Below, one piece after another: positions 9,656-19,300 of a stretch of 64,000 nucleotides of DNA. The stretch is taken from the NCBI GenBank assembly GCA_902796805.1, contig CADBQG010000001.1, positions 33,106-97,105 of the forward strand. Direction: 5' to 3'. A model generated the notes under the pieces. That model did not search any database. It was not told where the DNA came from and saw only the letters and a program-made list of their open reading frames with translations. The DNA comes from an uncultured Bacteroidota bacterium (GTDB lineage: Bacteria > Bacteroidota > Bacteroidia > Bacteroidales > WCHB1-69). The first letter of the stretch is position 1. Each line of letters begins with the position of its first letter. The position numbers and the translations under genes were made by a program.

Positions 9656-10018
9656 ATGTCTGATTCTCTGACCATAATAAACTCCAACGAGCTGATCCGC
9701 ATTGCAGCCGGCAGTTTAGTCTATGTCAGTTCATCGGGCAACTATTCCGACATATACACACGCGATGGCGAGAGGCGTACTGTGACTATGCAGCTTGGAA
9801 TGATAGAGGAGTTGATTAACAAGCAGTTGCAGGAAAGCGACCGGGAATTCATCAGAATAGGCAAGAGTCTGATAGTAAATCTTAGGTTTTTGCACTACCT
9901 CAATCCCTCGAAAAAACAGATAATACTCTCCGACAACAGCACATTCAAGATCAGTTTGGAAGCCTCAAAAGAGGCTTTGAAGCAGTTGAAGGACTATATA
10001 GAACTAAAAATCAAGTGA
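9656..10018 (+). CDS. Stand-alone LytTR-type DNA-binding protein
   Basis: 120 aa. The pattern LIRIAAGSLVYVSSSGNYSDIYT...FIRIGKSLIVNLRFL is characteristic of the LytTR domain. There is no receiver domain. Confidence 0.75.
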   Translation: MSDSLTIINSNELIRIAAGSLVYVSSSGNYSDIYTRDGERRTVTMQLGMIEELINKQLQESDREFIRIGKSLIVNLRFLHYLNPSKKQIILSDNSTFKISLEASKEALKQLKDYIELKIK

Positions 10019-10020
10019 CG

Positions 10021-10905
10021 ATGATGCATTTTGACGATATATCAGACAATGAGATCCGGATCATCAACCGGCAGGAGGCTCCGAGGCGGCCGTTCTACCG
10101 GCGGTGGTGGTTCTGGGCGGCGGCCGTCGTCATTGCGGCCGTGGCAGTGGTTGTTATCTTCGGTCTTAGCGGCAAAGCAAGGCAAACTGCTGAAACACCG
10201 CAACCTGGTGAGGTTTCAGAAGTTGAGTCAACGCCGACTTCGCCCACAGAGGTTGTGCACGAGCCTGCGTACGTCATCTCAAGCGACACAGCCGTCAACG
10301 ATGTGCCGCTCACATTGTACACGCCTGTAAACGCGGTGCCGGAACTCATGATTGGAAACCCTTCGGAGAAGGACGAGTCGATAGTTCTTGCGGTGCAGGC
10401 CGCCGACATCCGGGCCGACAACCGCGAAATTCTGGGCAGCTACGTGCTGAAGGGCGAGTTGGTGTCGCGGGGCGGCGGCAAAAAGGACGGATTCTGCGCA
10501 ATTTTAGGCGGCGACATCCAACTCGGCGTGGCGGAAAACACCGACCTTTTCGAGAAAGCGATAGAGACTGGCGGATATTTCTTCCGCCAATACCCTTTAG
10601 TGAGTGAAGGCATTATGATCGACAACAAACCCAAAGGGAAAACCCTCAGGGCGGCGCTTTGCGAACTGGACGGCAGGATGGTTGTGGTGCGCAGCCGCGA
10701 TGACGAATCGTTCCACGATTTTGCCCAAGCACTCGCCGACCTTGGGGTGAACTTCGCCATCAACCTCGTGGGCAGCAGCCACGCCTATGGCTTCTACCGC
10801 GAAAAAAGCGATGATGGCTCCACTGTTTCCAGCAGTTGGGGAAAGCTGCACACCGGCGCGAAAAACAGTAATGTGAACTACATAATGTGGAAGGCCCGCG
10901 ATTAG
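10021..10905 (+). CDS. Single-pass membrane protein of unknown function
   Basis: Has a TM segment WWFWAAAVVIAAVAVVVIFGL and a ~230-aa C-terminal domain. An alternative GTG start at 10015 overlaps the LytTR stop (GTGA). Confidence 0.65.
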   Translation: MMHFDDISDNEIRIINRQEAPRRPFYRRWWFWAAAVVIAAVAVVVIFGLSGKARQTAETPQPGEVSEVESTPTSPTEVVHEPAYVISSDTAVNDVPLTLYTPVNAVPELMIGNPSEKDESIVLAVQAADIRADNREILGSYVLKGELVSRGGGKKDGFCAILGGDIQLGVAENTDLFEKAIETGGYFFRQYPLVSEGIMIDNKPKGKTLRAALCELDGRMVVVRSRDDESFHDFAQALADLGVNFAINLVGSSHAYGFYREKSDDGSTVSSSWGKLHTGAKNSNVNYIMWKARD

Positions 10906-11214
10906 CCGGCAAGTTTCACTTCAATACAATTTTTTTAAAAAGACCTCACGGATTTACGAGATATTTCACCCTCTTTTTTTAACTACTTAATAATCAATAT
11001 AAAAAATTATTAACGGTTTTTTGTTAATAAATATCGTTCAAAAAGAGGAAGAAAATCCAACCCAAAAACTTATTTTAGCAAAGTGAAACAGAGTTCGCTT
11101 TGTTTGTTGTATAACTTTAAGAATCAATGAAATAGGAAGTCTTTGGTTTTTTAGTTTTGGCAAGGTGGCTCTATTTCGCAGGAATTAAAACCAACAGCCC
11201 AAAGTACAGACAGT

Positions 11215-13950
11215 ATGGAAAAAGATTTATCTCTTTTTGAATCGTTCGGAGAAGAAGAAATAGGACAGGATCAGGAAGTGAGCCAACATGGAGGCGACCT
11301 GATAGCGAACAGGAATTCCGCGATGAAGAAGTTCGCGATGGAGGCGGCAGGGGTTCCGGACGGGGCGTTTGCCGACGACATTGAGGAGCAGGCCGTGCCG
11401 GCGAGCTTTCGTCAGGAGGCGGAGGTGTTCACAAAAGAGCAGATCTTCCCGGACGTTGTGGAGTACTTTGGCGGAGACGAGCTGGCGGCTACGGTGTGGA
11501 TCGACAAGTACGCGCTCAAGAACGAGAAGGGTGAGTTGGTGGAGAGAACGCCGGCTGACATGCACCGCAGGATGGCGCGCGAGTTCGCGAGGATAGAGGC
11601 CCGCTACCCCAACCCCATGGGCGAAGACGAGATATTCGGGATGTTCGACCATTTCAAATACATAATACCGCAGGGCAGCCCAATGGCCGGAATCGGCAAC
11701 AACTATCAGGTGGTGTCGCTGTCGAACTGCTTTGTCATAGGCAACAGCGGCGAGTCGGACTCCTACGGCGGCATCATGAAGATGGACGAGGAGCAGGTGC
11801 AGCTTATGAAGCGCAGGGGCGGTGTAGGCCACGACCTGTCGCACATACGCCCTTCGGGCAGCCATGTGCAGAACTGCGCCCAGACCTCGACGGGCATTGT
11901 GCCTTTCATGGAGCGCTATTCCAACTCCACCCGCGAGGTGGCTCAGGACGGCCGTCGCGGAGCACTCATGCTCTCCATCTCGATAAAGCACCCCGACGCC
12001 GAGCAGTTTATAGACGCGAAGATGACACAAGGCAAGGTTACAGGCGCCAATGTGTCAGTGAAAGTGGACGATGAATTTATGAAAAGCGTCCAAAACCAAA
12101 ACCTATATACACAACAATACCCAATCAACAGCGACAGTCCGAAAGTAAAGAAGGACATTGAAGCAAAGAAACTCTGGGACAAGATTATCCACAACGCGTG
12201 GAAGTCGGCGGAGCCAGGCGTGCTCTTCTGGGACAACATCAAGAAGGAGTCGATACCCGACTGCTACGCCGACGAGGGCTTCGAGACACTGTCGACTAAC
12301 CCGTGCGGCGAGATACCGCTCTGTCCGTACGACAGCTGCCGTCTCATCTCCGTCAACCTCTACAGTTTTGTTGACAACCCGTTCACCCCGGAGGCTGCTT
12401 TCAACATGCCGAAGTTCCGCAAGTACGTGCAGTATGCGCAGCGCCTGATGGACGACATCATCGACCTGGAGCTCGAGAAGATAGACGCGATACTCGCCAA
12501 GATCGAAAGTGACCCTGAAAGCGAGTCGGTGAAGCGTGTCGAGAAGGAACTCTGGCAGAAGATCAGGAAGCAGTCGCTGAAGGGCCGTCGCACCGGTTTG
12601 GGCATAACCGCCGAGGGCGACATGCTCGCGGCCCTGGGCCTGACATACGGCACCGACGAGGCCAACGCTTTCTCCACGGAGGTGCACAAGCAGTTAGCCC
12701 TCGCCGCCTACCGCTCTTCTGTTGACATGGCCCGCGAGCGCGGCGCGTTCCCGATATACAGCTGTATCAAGGAGAGCCACAACCCGTTCATCAACCGCCT
12801 CCGCGCCGCCGACCCGAAGCTCTACGACGACATGGTCCGCTACGGCCGCCGCAACATCGCCCTGCTCACAATCGCCCCGACGGGCAGCGTTAGCATCTGC
12901 ACCCAGACAACCTCCGGGATCGAGCCGGCTTTCAACGTGGTGTACAAGCGCCGCCGCAAAATCAACCCCAACGACATGGCGGCTAAGAAAAGCGTGGTGA
13001 AGGACTCTGTGGGCGACATGTTCGAGGAATACCTTGTGTTCCATCAGAAGTTCGTGGTCTGGGCCGAAACCCAAGGCTACACCCTTGAGCAGATGAAGCA
13101 GATGGACGATGAAAAGATTATGGATCTCGTGAAGAAGTCACCATACTACAAGGCCACTGCCGCCGACACCGACTACATCAAAAAAGTGGAGCTCCAGGGT
13201 TCTGTGCAGAAGTGGGTCGACCATTCGATTTCCGTTACTGTGAACCTTCCCGCAAATATTACGGAAGACGTTGTTGGACAGCTCTATATGAGAGCATGGG
13301 AGGTTGGATGCAAGGGACTTACAGTATATCGCGAAGGCTCGCGCGACGGTGTGCTCAACTCCATCGAGAAGCCGAAAAAGGAGGAAAAACCGAAGGCAAA
13401 GAACTTCAAGAGGCCCAAGGAACTGCACGCCGACGTGATACATTTCAAGAACAACAACGAGGACTGGGTCGCCTACATAGGTATATACAACGACAAGCCC
13501 TATGAGATTTTCACAGGCAAGACCGGCGACGAAAGTTTCCTTCTACCGAAGTGGGTTGAGCACGGCATAATAGTGAAGAACCGCCACGAAGACGGCACCA
13601 AGTCGTACGACTTCAAGTATTACGACAAGGCTGGATACGAGGTGATTCTCAGAGGCCTTGACCGCTGCTTCGACCAGGAATTCTGGAATTACGCCAAGAT
13701 GACCTCCGCGCTGCTGAGGAACGAAATCCCGGTCAACAACGTGGTGAACATCATCTCAGGCCTCAATTTCCGCCAGGAGAGCATCAACTCATGGAGAAAC
13801 GGTGTGTGCCGCGCGTTGAAGAAGTTTGTCGCCGACGGCACCCGGCAGAAGGGTGTGGAATGTCCCAGTTGCCATCAGAAAGACACCATGGAGTTCAAGG
13901 AGGGCTGCCTCACATGCTCCAACTGTGGGTACGCCAAGTGCGGTTCATAA
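11215..13950 (+). CDS. nrdJ: Adenosylcobalamin-dependent (class II) ribonucleotide reductase
   Basis: Active-site NPCGEIPLCPYDSCRL, class II-type core, and a C-terminal CPSC...CSNC cysteine tail. Confidence 0.9.
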   Translation: MEKDLSLFESFGEEEIGQDQEVSQHGGDLIANRNSAMKKFAMEAAGVPDGAFADDIEEQAVPASFRQEAEVFTKEQIFPDVVEYFGGDELAATVWIDKYALKNEKGELVERTPADMHRRMAREFARIEARYPNPMGEDEIFGMFDHFKYIIPQGSPMAGIGNNYQVVSLSNCFVIGNSGESDSYGGIMKMDEEQVQLMKRRGGVGHDLSHIRPSGSHVQNCAQTSTGIVPFMERYSNSTREVAQDGRRGALMLSISIKHPDAEQFIDAKMTQGKVTGANVSVKVDDEFMKSVQNQNLYTQQYPINSDSPKVKKDIEAKKLWDKIIHNAWKSAEPGVLFWDNIKKESIPDCYADEGFETLSTNPCGEIPLCPYDSCRLISVNLYSFVDNPFTPEAAFNMPKFRKYVQYAQRLMDDIIDLELEKIDAILAKIESDPESESVKRVEKELWQKIRKQSLKGRRTGLGITAEGDMLAALGLTYGTDEANAFSTEVHKQLALAAYRSSVDMARERGAFPIYSCIKESHNPFINRLRAADPKLYDDMVRYGRRNIALLTIAPTGSVSICTQTTSGIEPAFNVVYKRRRKINPNDMAAKKSVVKDSVGDMFEEYLVFHQKFVVWAETQGYTLEQMKQMDDEKIMDLVKKSPYYKATAADTDYIKKVELQGSVQKWVDHSISVTVNLPANITEDVVGQLYMRAWEVGCKGLTVYREGSRDGVLNSIEKPKKEEKPKAKNFKRPKELHADVIHFKNNNEDWVAYIGIYNDKPYEIFTGKTGDESFLLPKWVEHGIIVKNRHEDGTKSYDFKYYDKAGYEVILRGLDRCFDQEFWNYAKMTSALLRNEIPVNNVVNIISGLNFRQESINSWRNGVCRALKKFVADGTRQKGVECPSCHQKDTMEFKEGCLTCSNCGYAKCGS

Positions 13951-13965
13951 CAAAAACCCCCGACC

Positions 13966-14712
13966 ATGTCCGACAAGCAAACTGTGTTTCTGTACGTGCC
14001 ATGCCAGATGGACCTTTTCCAGGAAAGGACCGTGTACAGTGTGATGACGGTTCTCGACCGTTTAGGGCAATTCTGCCATTACGACCCGGAAAACACATGT
14101 TGCGGGCGGAGGTTCTTCATGGAGGGTGCCCTGCAATATGCGCAGGATTTGAGTTACAAGGTTATAAAGTCATACACCGACTATTGTGAGCTGCACAAGA
14201 AGACGTTCCCCATAGTGGTGCCTGACGCAGCCTGCGCCGGATATATGAAAAGGGATTTCAATGTGGTGCTTAAAAACGCGACTATCCCCGCCGACCTCAG
14301 CAATTTCATCGACAATGTACATGAATTGTGCGACTATATCGTGAATGTGCTTAATGTCCAGAGTCTTGGAAACGAGTTCAGACACCGTGTCTTCTACTTC
14401 AAGACTTGTTCTGCGATGAACAAATACCCGGCCAACAATGCTCCGGAGACGCTTCTTGCCAACACCGCCGGTCTCGACCTCATACTTGACGGGAATATGT
14501 GCTGTTGCGGCGCAAACGGGAGATTTCCCATGGTGAACCCTTCGACTGCGGAGAAAATGGCCGGCGAGATAGTGCAGCGAGCCTACAACCAAGGAGCTGA
14601 GTTCATCACTTCCACCGACATCCACTGCCTGCAGATGCTGGAAGCCTACAAGTTGCATTTCAACGTGGATGTTGAAATCATACATATAGCCGACATCCTG
14701 CGGGGAGCTTGA
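13966..14712 (+). CDS. Cysteine-rich (CCG) domain protein, LutA/GlpC/HdrB-like (Fe-S) oxidoreductase subunit
   Basis: Two CCG motifs (ENTCCGRRF and GNMCCCGANGRF). N-terminal VFLYVPCQMD is typical of LutA-like proteins. Confidence 0.7.
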   Translation: MSDKQTVFLYVPCQMDLFQERTVYSVMTVLDRLGQFCHYDPENTCCGRRFFMEGALQYAQDLSYKVIKSYTDYCELHKKTFPIVVPDAACAGYMKRDFNVVLKNATIPADLSNFIDNVHELCDYIVNVLNVQSLGNEFRHRVFYFKTCSAMNKYPANNAPETLLANTAGLDLILDGNMCCCGANGRFPMVNPSTAEKMAGEIVQRAYNQGAEFITSTDIHCLQMLEAYKLHFNVDVEIIHIADILRGA

Positions 14713-14791
14713 AAACTCCCCGCCGACATTCCATGAATAGCCAAACGGCGGCATTTTTCAAAAAGGACTTCTGTATATCCGAATAAATGCT

Positions 14792-14799
14792 TATCTTTG
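14792..14799 (+). promoter_or_regulatory. Candidate -7 box TATCTTTG
   Basis: TAnnTTTG match upstream of yajC (ATG 14859). Confidence 0.4.
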
Positions 14800-14858
14800 C
14801 GGACGTTTTAGAGAAGGATAATTATTAACAAACATTATAAAAAACCAATAGTTTCGAT

Positions 14859-15296
14859 ATGACATACTTGTTCACATTATTGCAGGCTGCCCCGGCGGGT
14901 GGCTCAGGTCCGATGGGCGGCGGCGGTTCCATGATGATTATGATTCTGCTCATGATCCTCATATTCTACTTCTTCATGATCCGTCCACAGCAGAAAAAGC
15001 AAAAGAAACTTGAAGAAGCGCGAAACAGTCTCCAAAAGGGCGACAGAATCGTAACCATAGGCGGCATCCATGGAAAGATAACAGACGTGAAGAACACGAC
15101 TTTCGTTGTGGAAATATCGAACGGTGTGAGAATTGAAGTCGACAAGGCCGCTATTTCTTTCAACGACGCCGACCTTTCCCAGAAAAAACAGTCTTCGAAA
15201 GAAAGTGCAGAATCTGACAATTCAAGCCTTTTCCAAAAGAAACAGTCTTCAAATAACAGCTCAGAAGAGACTTCTTACGTTCAGGAAAACGAGTAG
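14859..15296 (+). CDS. yajC: Preprotein translocase subunit YajC (with S/Q/K-rich C-terminal tail)
   Basis: FYFFMIRPQQKKQKK...GDRIVTIGGIHGKI is the YajC signature. The tail contains QKKQSS twice. Confidence 0.9.
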   Translation: MTYLFTLLQAAPAGGSGPMGGGGSMMIMILLMILIFYFFMIRPQQKKQKKLEEARNSLQKGDRIVTIGGIHGKITDVKNTTFVVEISNGVRIEVDKAAISFNDADLSQKKQSSKESAESDNSSLFQKKQSSNNSSEETSYVQENE

Positions 15297-15298
15297 AG

Positions 15299-15715
15299 AT
15301 GGAGGAAAAAAGGACACGGATTCCTGTGAAACTGCCGTCGTTGGCCTTTATGGTGTGCCTAATCATCTCCGCAGGCACGTGGATGCTGGTAACTTTCTCC
15401 AAAGACTACAAAGTTACCTACGACTACAAGTTGGTTTGCGAGAACTTGCCTGAAGGAAGAAAGTCGGTTACTGTGTCTGATACCGTACTATCGCTGACTT
15501 TCAACCAGAAAGGACTTCGCTATCTCATGAAACCATACCGCGACAAGGAGAAGGTGGTGGCAGTTTCTGTGAACGACCTCATCAAACCCAAGAACAAGGT
15601 GAGTGTTTACACCTTCACAAGCAAGGAGATGTGCGACTTTCTGTCAACTCACAACTTCGGATCCGAGCTGGTGTCGGTGACCTCACCGGAAGTGATAACC
15701 TTTTACCTGCGATAG
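15299..15715 (+). CDS. Hypothetical membrane-anchored protein (YbbR-like by position)
   Basis: 138 aa with an N-terminal TM. It sits between yajC and coaE, as YbbR-like genes do in Bacteroidota (recollection). Confidence 0.5.
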   Translation: MEEKRTRIPVKLPSLAFMVCLIISAGTWMLVTFSKDYKVTYDYKLVCENLPEGRKSVTVSDTVLSLTFNQKGLRYLMKPYRDKEKVVAVSVNDLIKPKNKVSVYTFTSKEMCDFLSTHNFGSELVSVTSPEVITFYLR

Positions 15716-15721
15716 CCTGAT

Positions 15722-16288
15722 ATGATCAAGATAGCCCTCACAGGAGGCATCGGCACGGGAAAGACATACCTTTCAAGACACTTCATCCAGATGGGGATTC
15801 CCGTGTTCTATGCCGATGACGAGGCGAAAAAACTCTATTCCGACCCTGATTTTCTTGATGTGATGCGCGCAGAGTTCCCTGATGCAGGCCTCTGGACTCC
15901 TAACGGAGAACTTGATTTCGCCGAGCTTAAACAATCTTGTTCCGAGAAGCCGTTTTTGGATAGATTGAGCGCGTTGGTCCATCCATTCGTCATGAGACAG
16001 TTTAATAAGTGGTCTGAGAAGCAGGGTGTTACGGCGGTGATTATGGAATCGGCCATAATCTTTGAATACGGTCTCGAGGACAACTTCGACAAAATAATAG
16101 TAGCCGACGCACCTGAGAGTCTTCGTGTCAGAAGAATCAAAAGCCGGAACCCTGAATTGTCGGAGAGTCAAATACTTGCAAGAATGTCGCAGCAAATGCC
16201 TCAGTCAGAAAAGTGTTCGAGGGCCGATATGGTGATTTGCACGGGCGAGACTTACAAGGCAAAAATTTCGGATGAGAGCAGTCGTTAA
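15722..16288 (+). CDS. coaE: Dephospho-CoA kinase
   Basis: IALTGGIGTGKT P-loop at the N-terminus; length is typical of CoaE. Confidence 0.85.
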   Translation: MIKIALTGGIGTGKTYLSRHFIQMGIPVFYADDEAKKLYSDPDFLDVMRAEFPDAGLWTPNGELDFAELKQSCSEKPFLDRLSALVHPFVMRQFNKWSEKQGVTAVIMESAIIFEYGLEDNFDKIIVADAPESLRVRRIKSRNPELSESQILARMSQQMPQSEKCSRADMVICTGETYKAKISDESSR

Positions 16289-16300
16289 CCGATTGTTTGT

Positions 16301-16308
16301 TATCTTTG
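16301..16308 (+). promoter_or_regulatory. Candidate -7 box TATCTTTG
   Basis: TAnnTTTG match, 28 nt upstream of ATG 16336. Confidence 0.4.
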
Positions 16309-16335
16309 CAGTTGTTTTTCGAACACTTACGCATT

Positions 16336-19300
16336 ATGATAAGGAAAATAGGTTGTTTTTGCGCTGTAATGCTCTTGTCGGCAGTTTCGTTTGCGCAACG
16401 TTTTAACTCATTTTCAAGCGATTACTCAAAAACCGTCGAGGAGATGAAGGAGTTTTTCTCATCAATTCCGAAAGACCGGCAGAAGGAAGCGAAGGAGACC
16501 CTCGAATTCTTCGAGGAGTTCTGGACTTCAAGGATGGACGATGCAAACAAGGCTGTTTTCATAGAGGAGGCTAACAAGATGGTGAAGAAAAAGCACCGGC
16601 CGATCCCCCATTTCCAGAGTTTCATAAAGACGTACGACTCGTTTCTGCAGAGCGGGTATTCAAGCGACGTTTTGGTGTGGCAGAAAATACTCGGTTATCA
16701 TATAGGCCGCAGCTCCACCTTCTTTCAGGGCAAGATGTCCTTGTATGAGAATTTTTTCAAAAGCAACGTGCTGAACTATGGCGACAATGTGAAGTGGGTG
16801 GCTTCGGACCACGCCAAAGGTCTCGGATTCGACACTGTGCCGTACTTGGATTTCAACGGCATCGACCTATGGGGTTATTCTGCGAAAGACAGTCTTGTTG
16901 TAAGCGGAGTGAGCGGGCGATACTATCCTGACAGACTGGTCTTCCAGGCCAAGGGCGGAACCGTCACATGGGACAGGGCCGGGCTTGATCGGAACGTGAG
17001 GGCGGAGTTGGGCAGATACAACGTGGATTTGCGTTTTCCGCGTGTGGTGTGCGAAAATGCCGTCTTCCACTATCCGAGGCTCTTTTCTTCGCCTATTGTC
17101 GGAAAGGTTGAGGAGAAGGCGGTGTTGCCAACATCGGAGGAGAAGGCAACATACCCGAGGTTCGCCAGCAACGAGTCGTCGCTGACCGTGAAAAACCTTT
17201 ACAAGGACGTTGACTATGTGGGCGGTTTCGAGATGCGCGGCGCGTCGATTTACGGCACCGGCACCGGCGACACGCTTGCAAGAGTGTCGATCTACAACGA
17301 AGGCCAGGTGATAATATCCGCTGCCTCGCGCAGCTTCCTGATAAAGCCCACAAACCTGATTTCAGAAGACTCGAAGGTGTCGATTTACATTGAGAACGAC
17401 TCTATTTACCACCCCGCCGCCAATTTCAAGTACGACAACGAGAAGAAAAGTCTGCTAATATCGCGCCCGAAACAGGGAGTGGGAAGGTCGCCGTTCTTCG
17501 ACTCTTACCACAAACTCGACATGTATGTTGAGTCAGTGCAGTGGGTTACCACTGAAAAGCGCATCGAACTCAAGCCGATTGTGGGGAACACCAGCGACCA
17601 GAAGGCATATTTCGAGTCGCAGAACTTCTACGAGGAGGGTGTGATGCACGAAATAGCCGGATACAATGCTGTGAACCCGCTATACACCCTTTGGCAGCTT
17701 TTCAACAGCGCAGGATATGAGGACCTCACCATCGAGGATGTTATACGCTGGTTCAACAAACCGCCGTTGGACATCAAGGCCATGATGATAGACTTCGCTG
17801 CCCGCGGTTTCATAGAGTATGACGTCAACCACAACAGGATACATTACAGAAGCAAGATTGCCCAATACCTCAACAACCAGGTGAAAAAAAAGGACTATGA
17901 CTACATAAAGCTCGAGTCGAAGACCCACTACGCTTCTTTTGACCTTGTTACCAATGACCTGAAAATCACAGGATGCGAGTTCTTTGTTCTCAGCGACCCG
18001 CAAATCGTCAATGTTTATCCGATGAACGAGCTTGTAACTGTGAAGAAAAACCGCGACATGGTGTTCTCGGGGCGTGTGATCGGCGGTCTCTTCGACTTTG
18101 TCACCCACAATTGCAAGTTCGACTATGAACGTTTCCTTGTGGACATGGACGAGATTGACACGCTGATAATGTATGTGGAGGACAAAGACGGTCCTATGGA
18201 CATGTACGGCGACTACAAGCTGCAGCGAGTGAGAAGCCAGATCGAGGAACTTTCAGGGGTTCTGTACATTGACGCTCCCGGAAACAAGTCGGGTATGACA
18301 GACTATCCCGACTATCCCATCTTCGAGGCGAGAAAGGGCGGCAAAGTGTTCTACGACCAGCAGTATGTGCTTGGCGGCGTTTATGACAGGAATCGCTTCT
18401 TCTATTCCGTCAACCAGTTCAGGATTGTGAACCTCGACAACTTCGTTATAGACTCCATGAAGTTCACCGGAGCCCTTGTGTCGGGAAACATCTTCCCCGA
18501 CATTGCCGAGCCTTTGCAGGTGCAGCCTGACTTCTCGTTAGGCTTCGTGCACAACACCGGCGGTCTGCCGATGTACGGCACAAAAGGCAGTTACAAGGGT
18601 CGGATCAGCTTGAGCAACAAAGGTCTGCGCGGCAGGGGCGACATAGACTACATCACATCGCACACCTATTCCGACAGCATAGTCTTCTATCTTGATTCCA
18701 CAAACGGGAAGGCCAACAGTCACAGGGTTGAAGAGCAACTTGCGGGTGTTGAGTTCCCGCCGGCCTCGGTGGATGACGCGTACCTGCACTGGGAACCATA
18801 CCAGGACCGCATGTTCGTGCATACCAGAAAGAAACCGATGGACATCTTCCAGGAGGCCGAGCTTGTGGGCAACTCGAAAATAACGCCGCATGGCATGTTT
18901 GGCTCCGGAGTGGTGAATTTCAACCGTGCCGACATATCATCCAGGAACTTCGAGTTCAAGCACCACGAGATTCTATCCGACACGGCAAACCTCAGGATAT
19001 ACGACATATCCGGCGGCAAGGATGTGGCCTTTTCCACCGACAACTACAATTCGCACATCGACTTCAAGACCCGGAAGGGGCATTTCCTTGCCAACGGGGA
19101 GGCCTCTGTTGTCTATTTCGTGCAGAACGAGATAAAGGCCAAGTCATCGGAATTTGAATGGGATCCCATCGACTCCACGGTGCTGAGGTTCAAGTGGGAC
19201 GATCCGTTCAAGAACACCGACATAGACAATACATCCATAAAAGACCTTGTTGACATGCAGAGTGTGGGGAACGAACTGTATGCCGTGGCTCCCGAGGTTA

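Noticed and set aside
10906-11214. Possible cobalamin riboswitch or other leader RNA in the 309-bp region upstream of nrdJ
   Set aside because: I found no B12-box-like element (AGYCMGgAgaCCkGCc type) and no convincing conserved helices by eye. The region is simply AT-rich, but a covariance-model scan would be needed to be sure.
11227-12030. 267-aa and other long antisense ORFs inside nrdJ
   Set aside because: nrdJ has unambiguous class II RNR motifs. The antisense ORFs are compositional artefacts.
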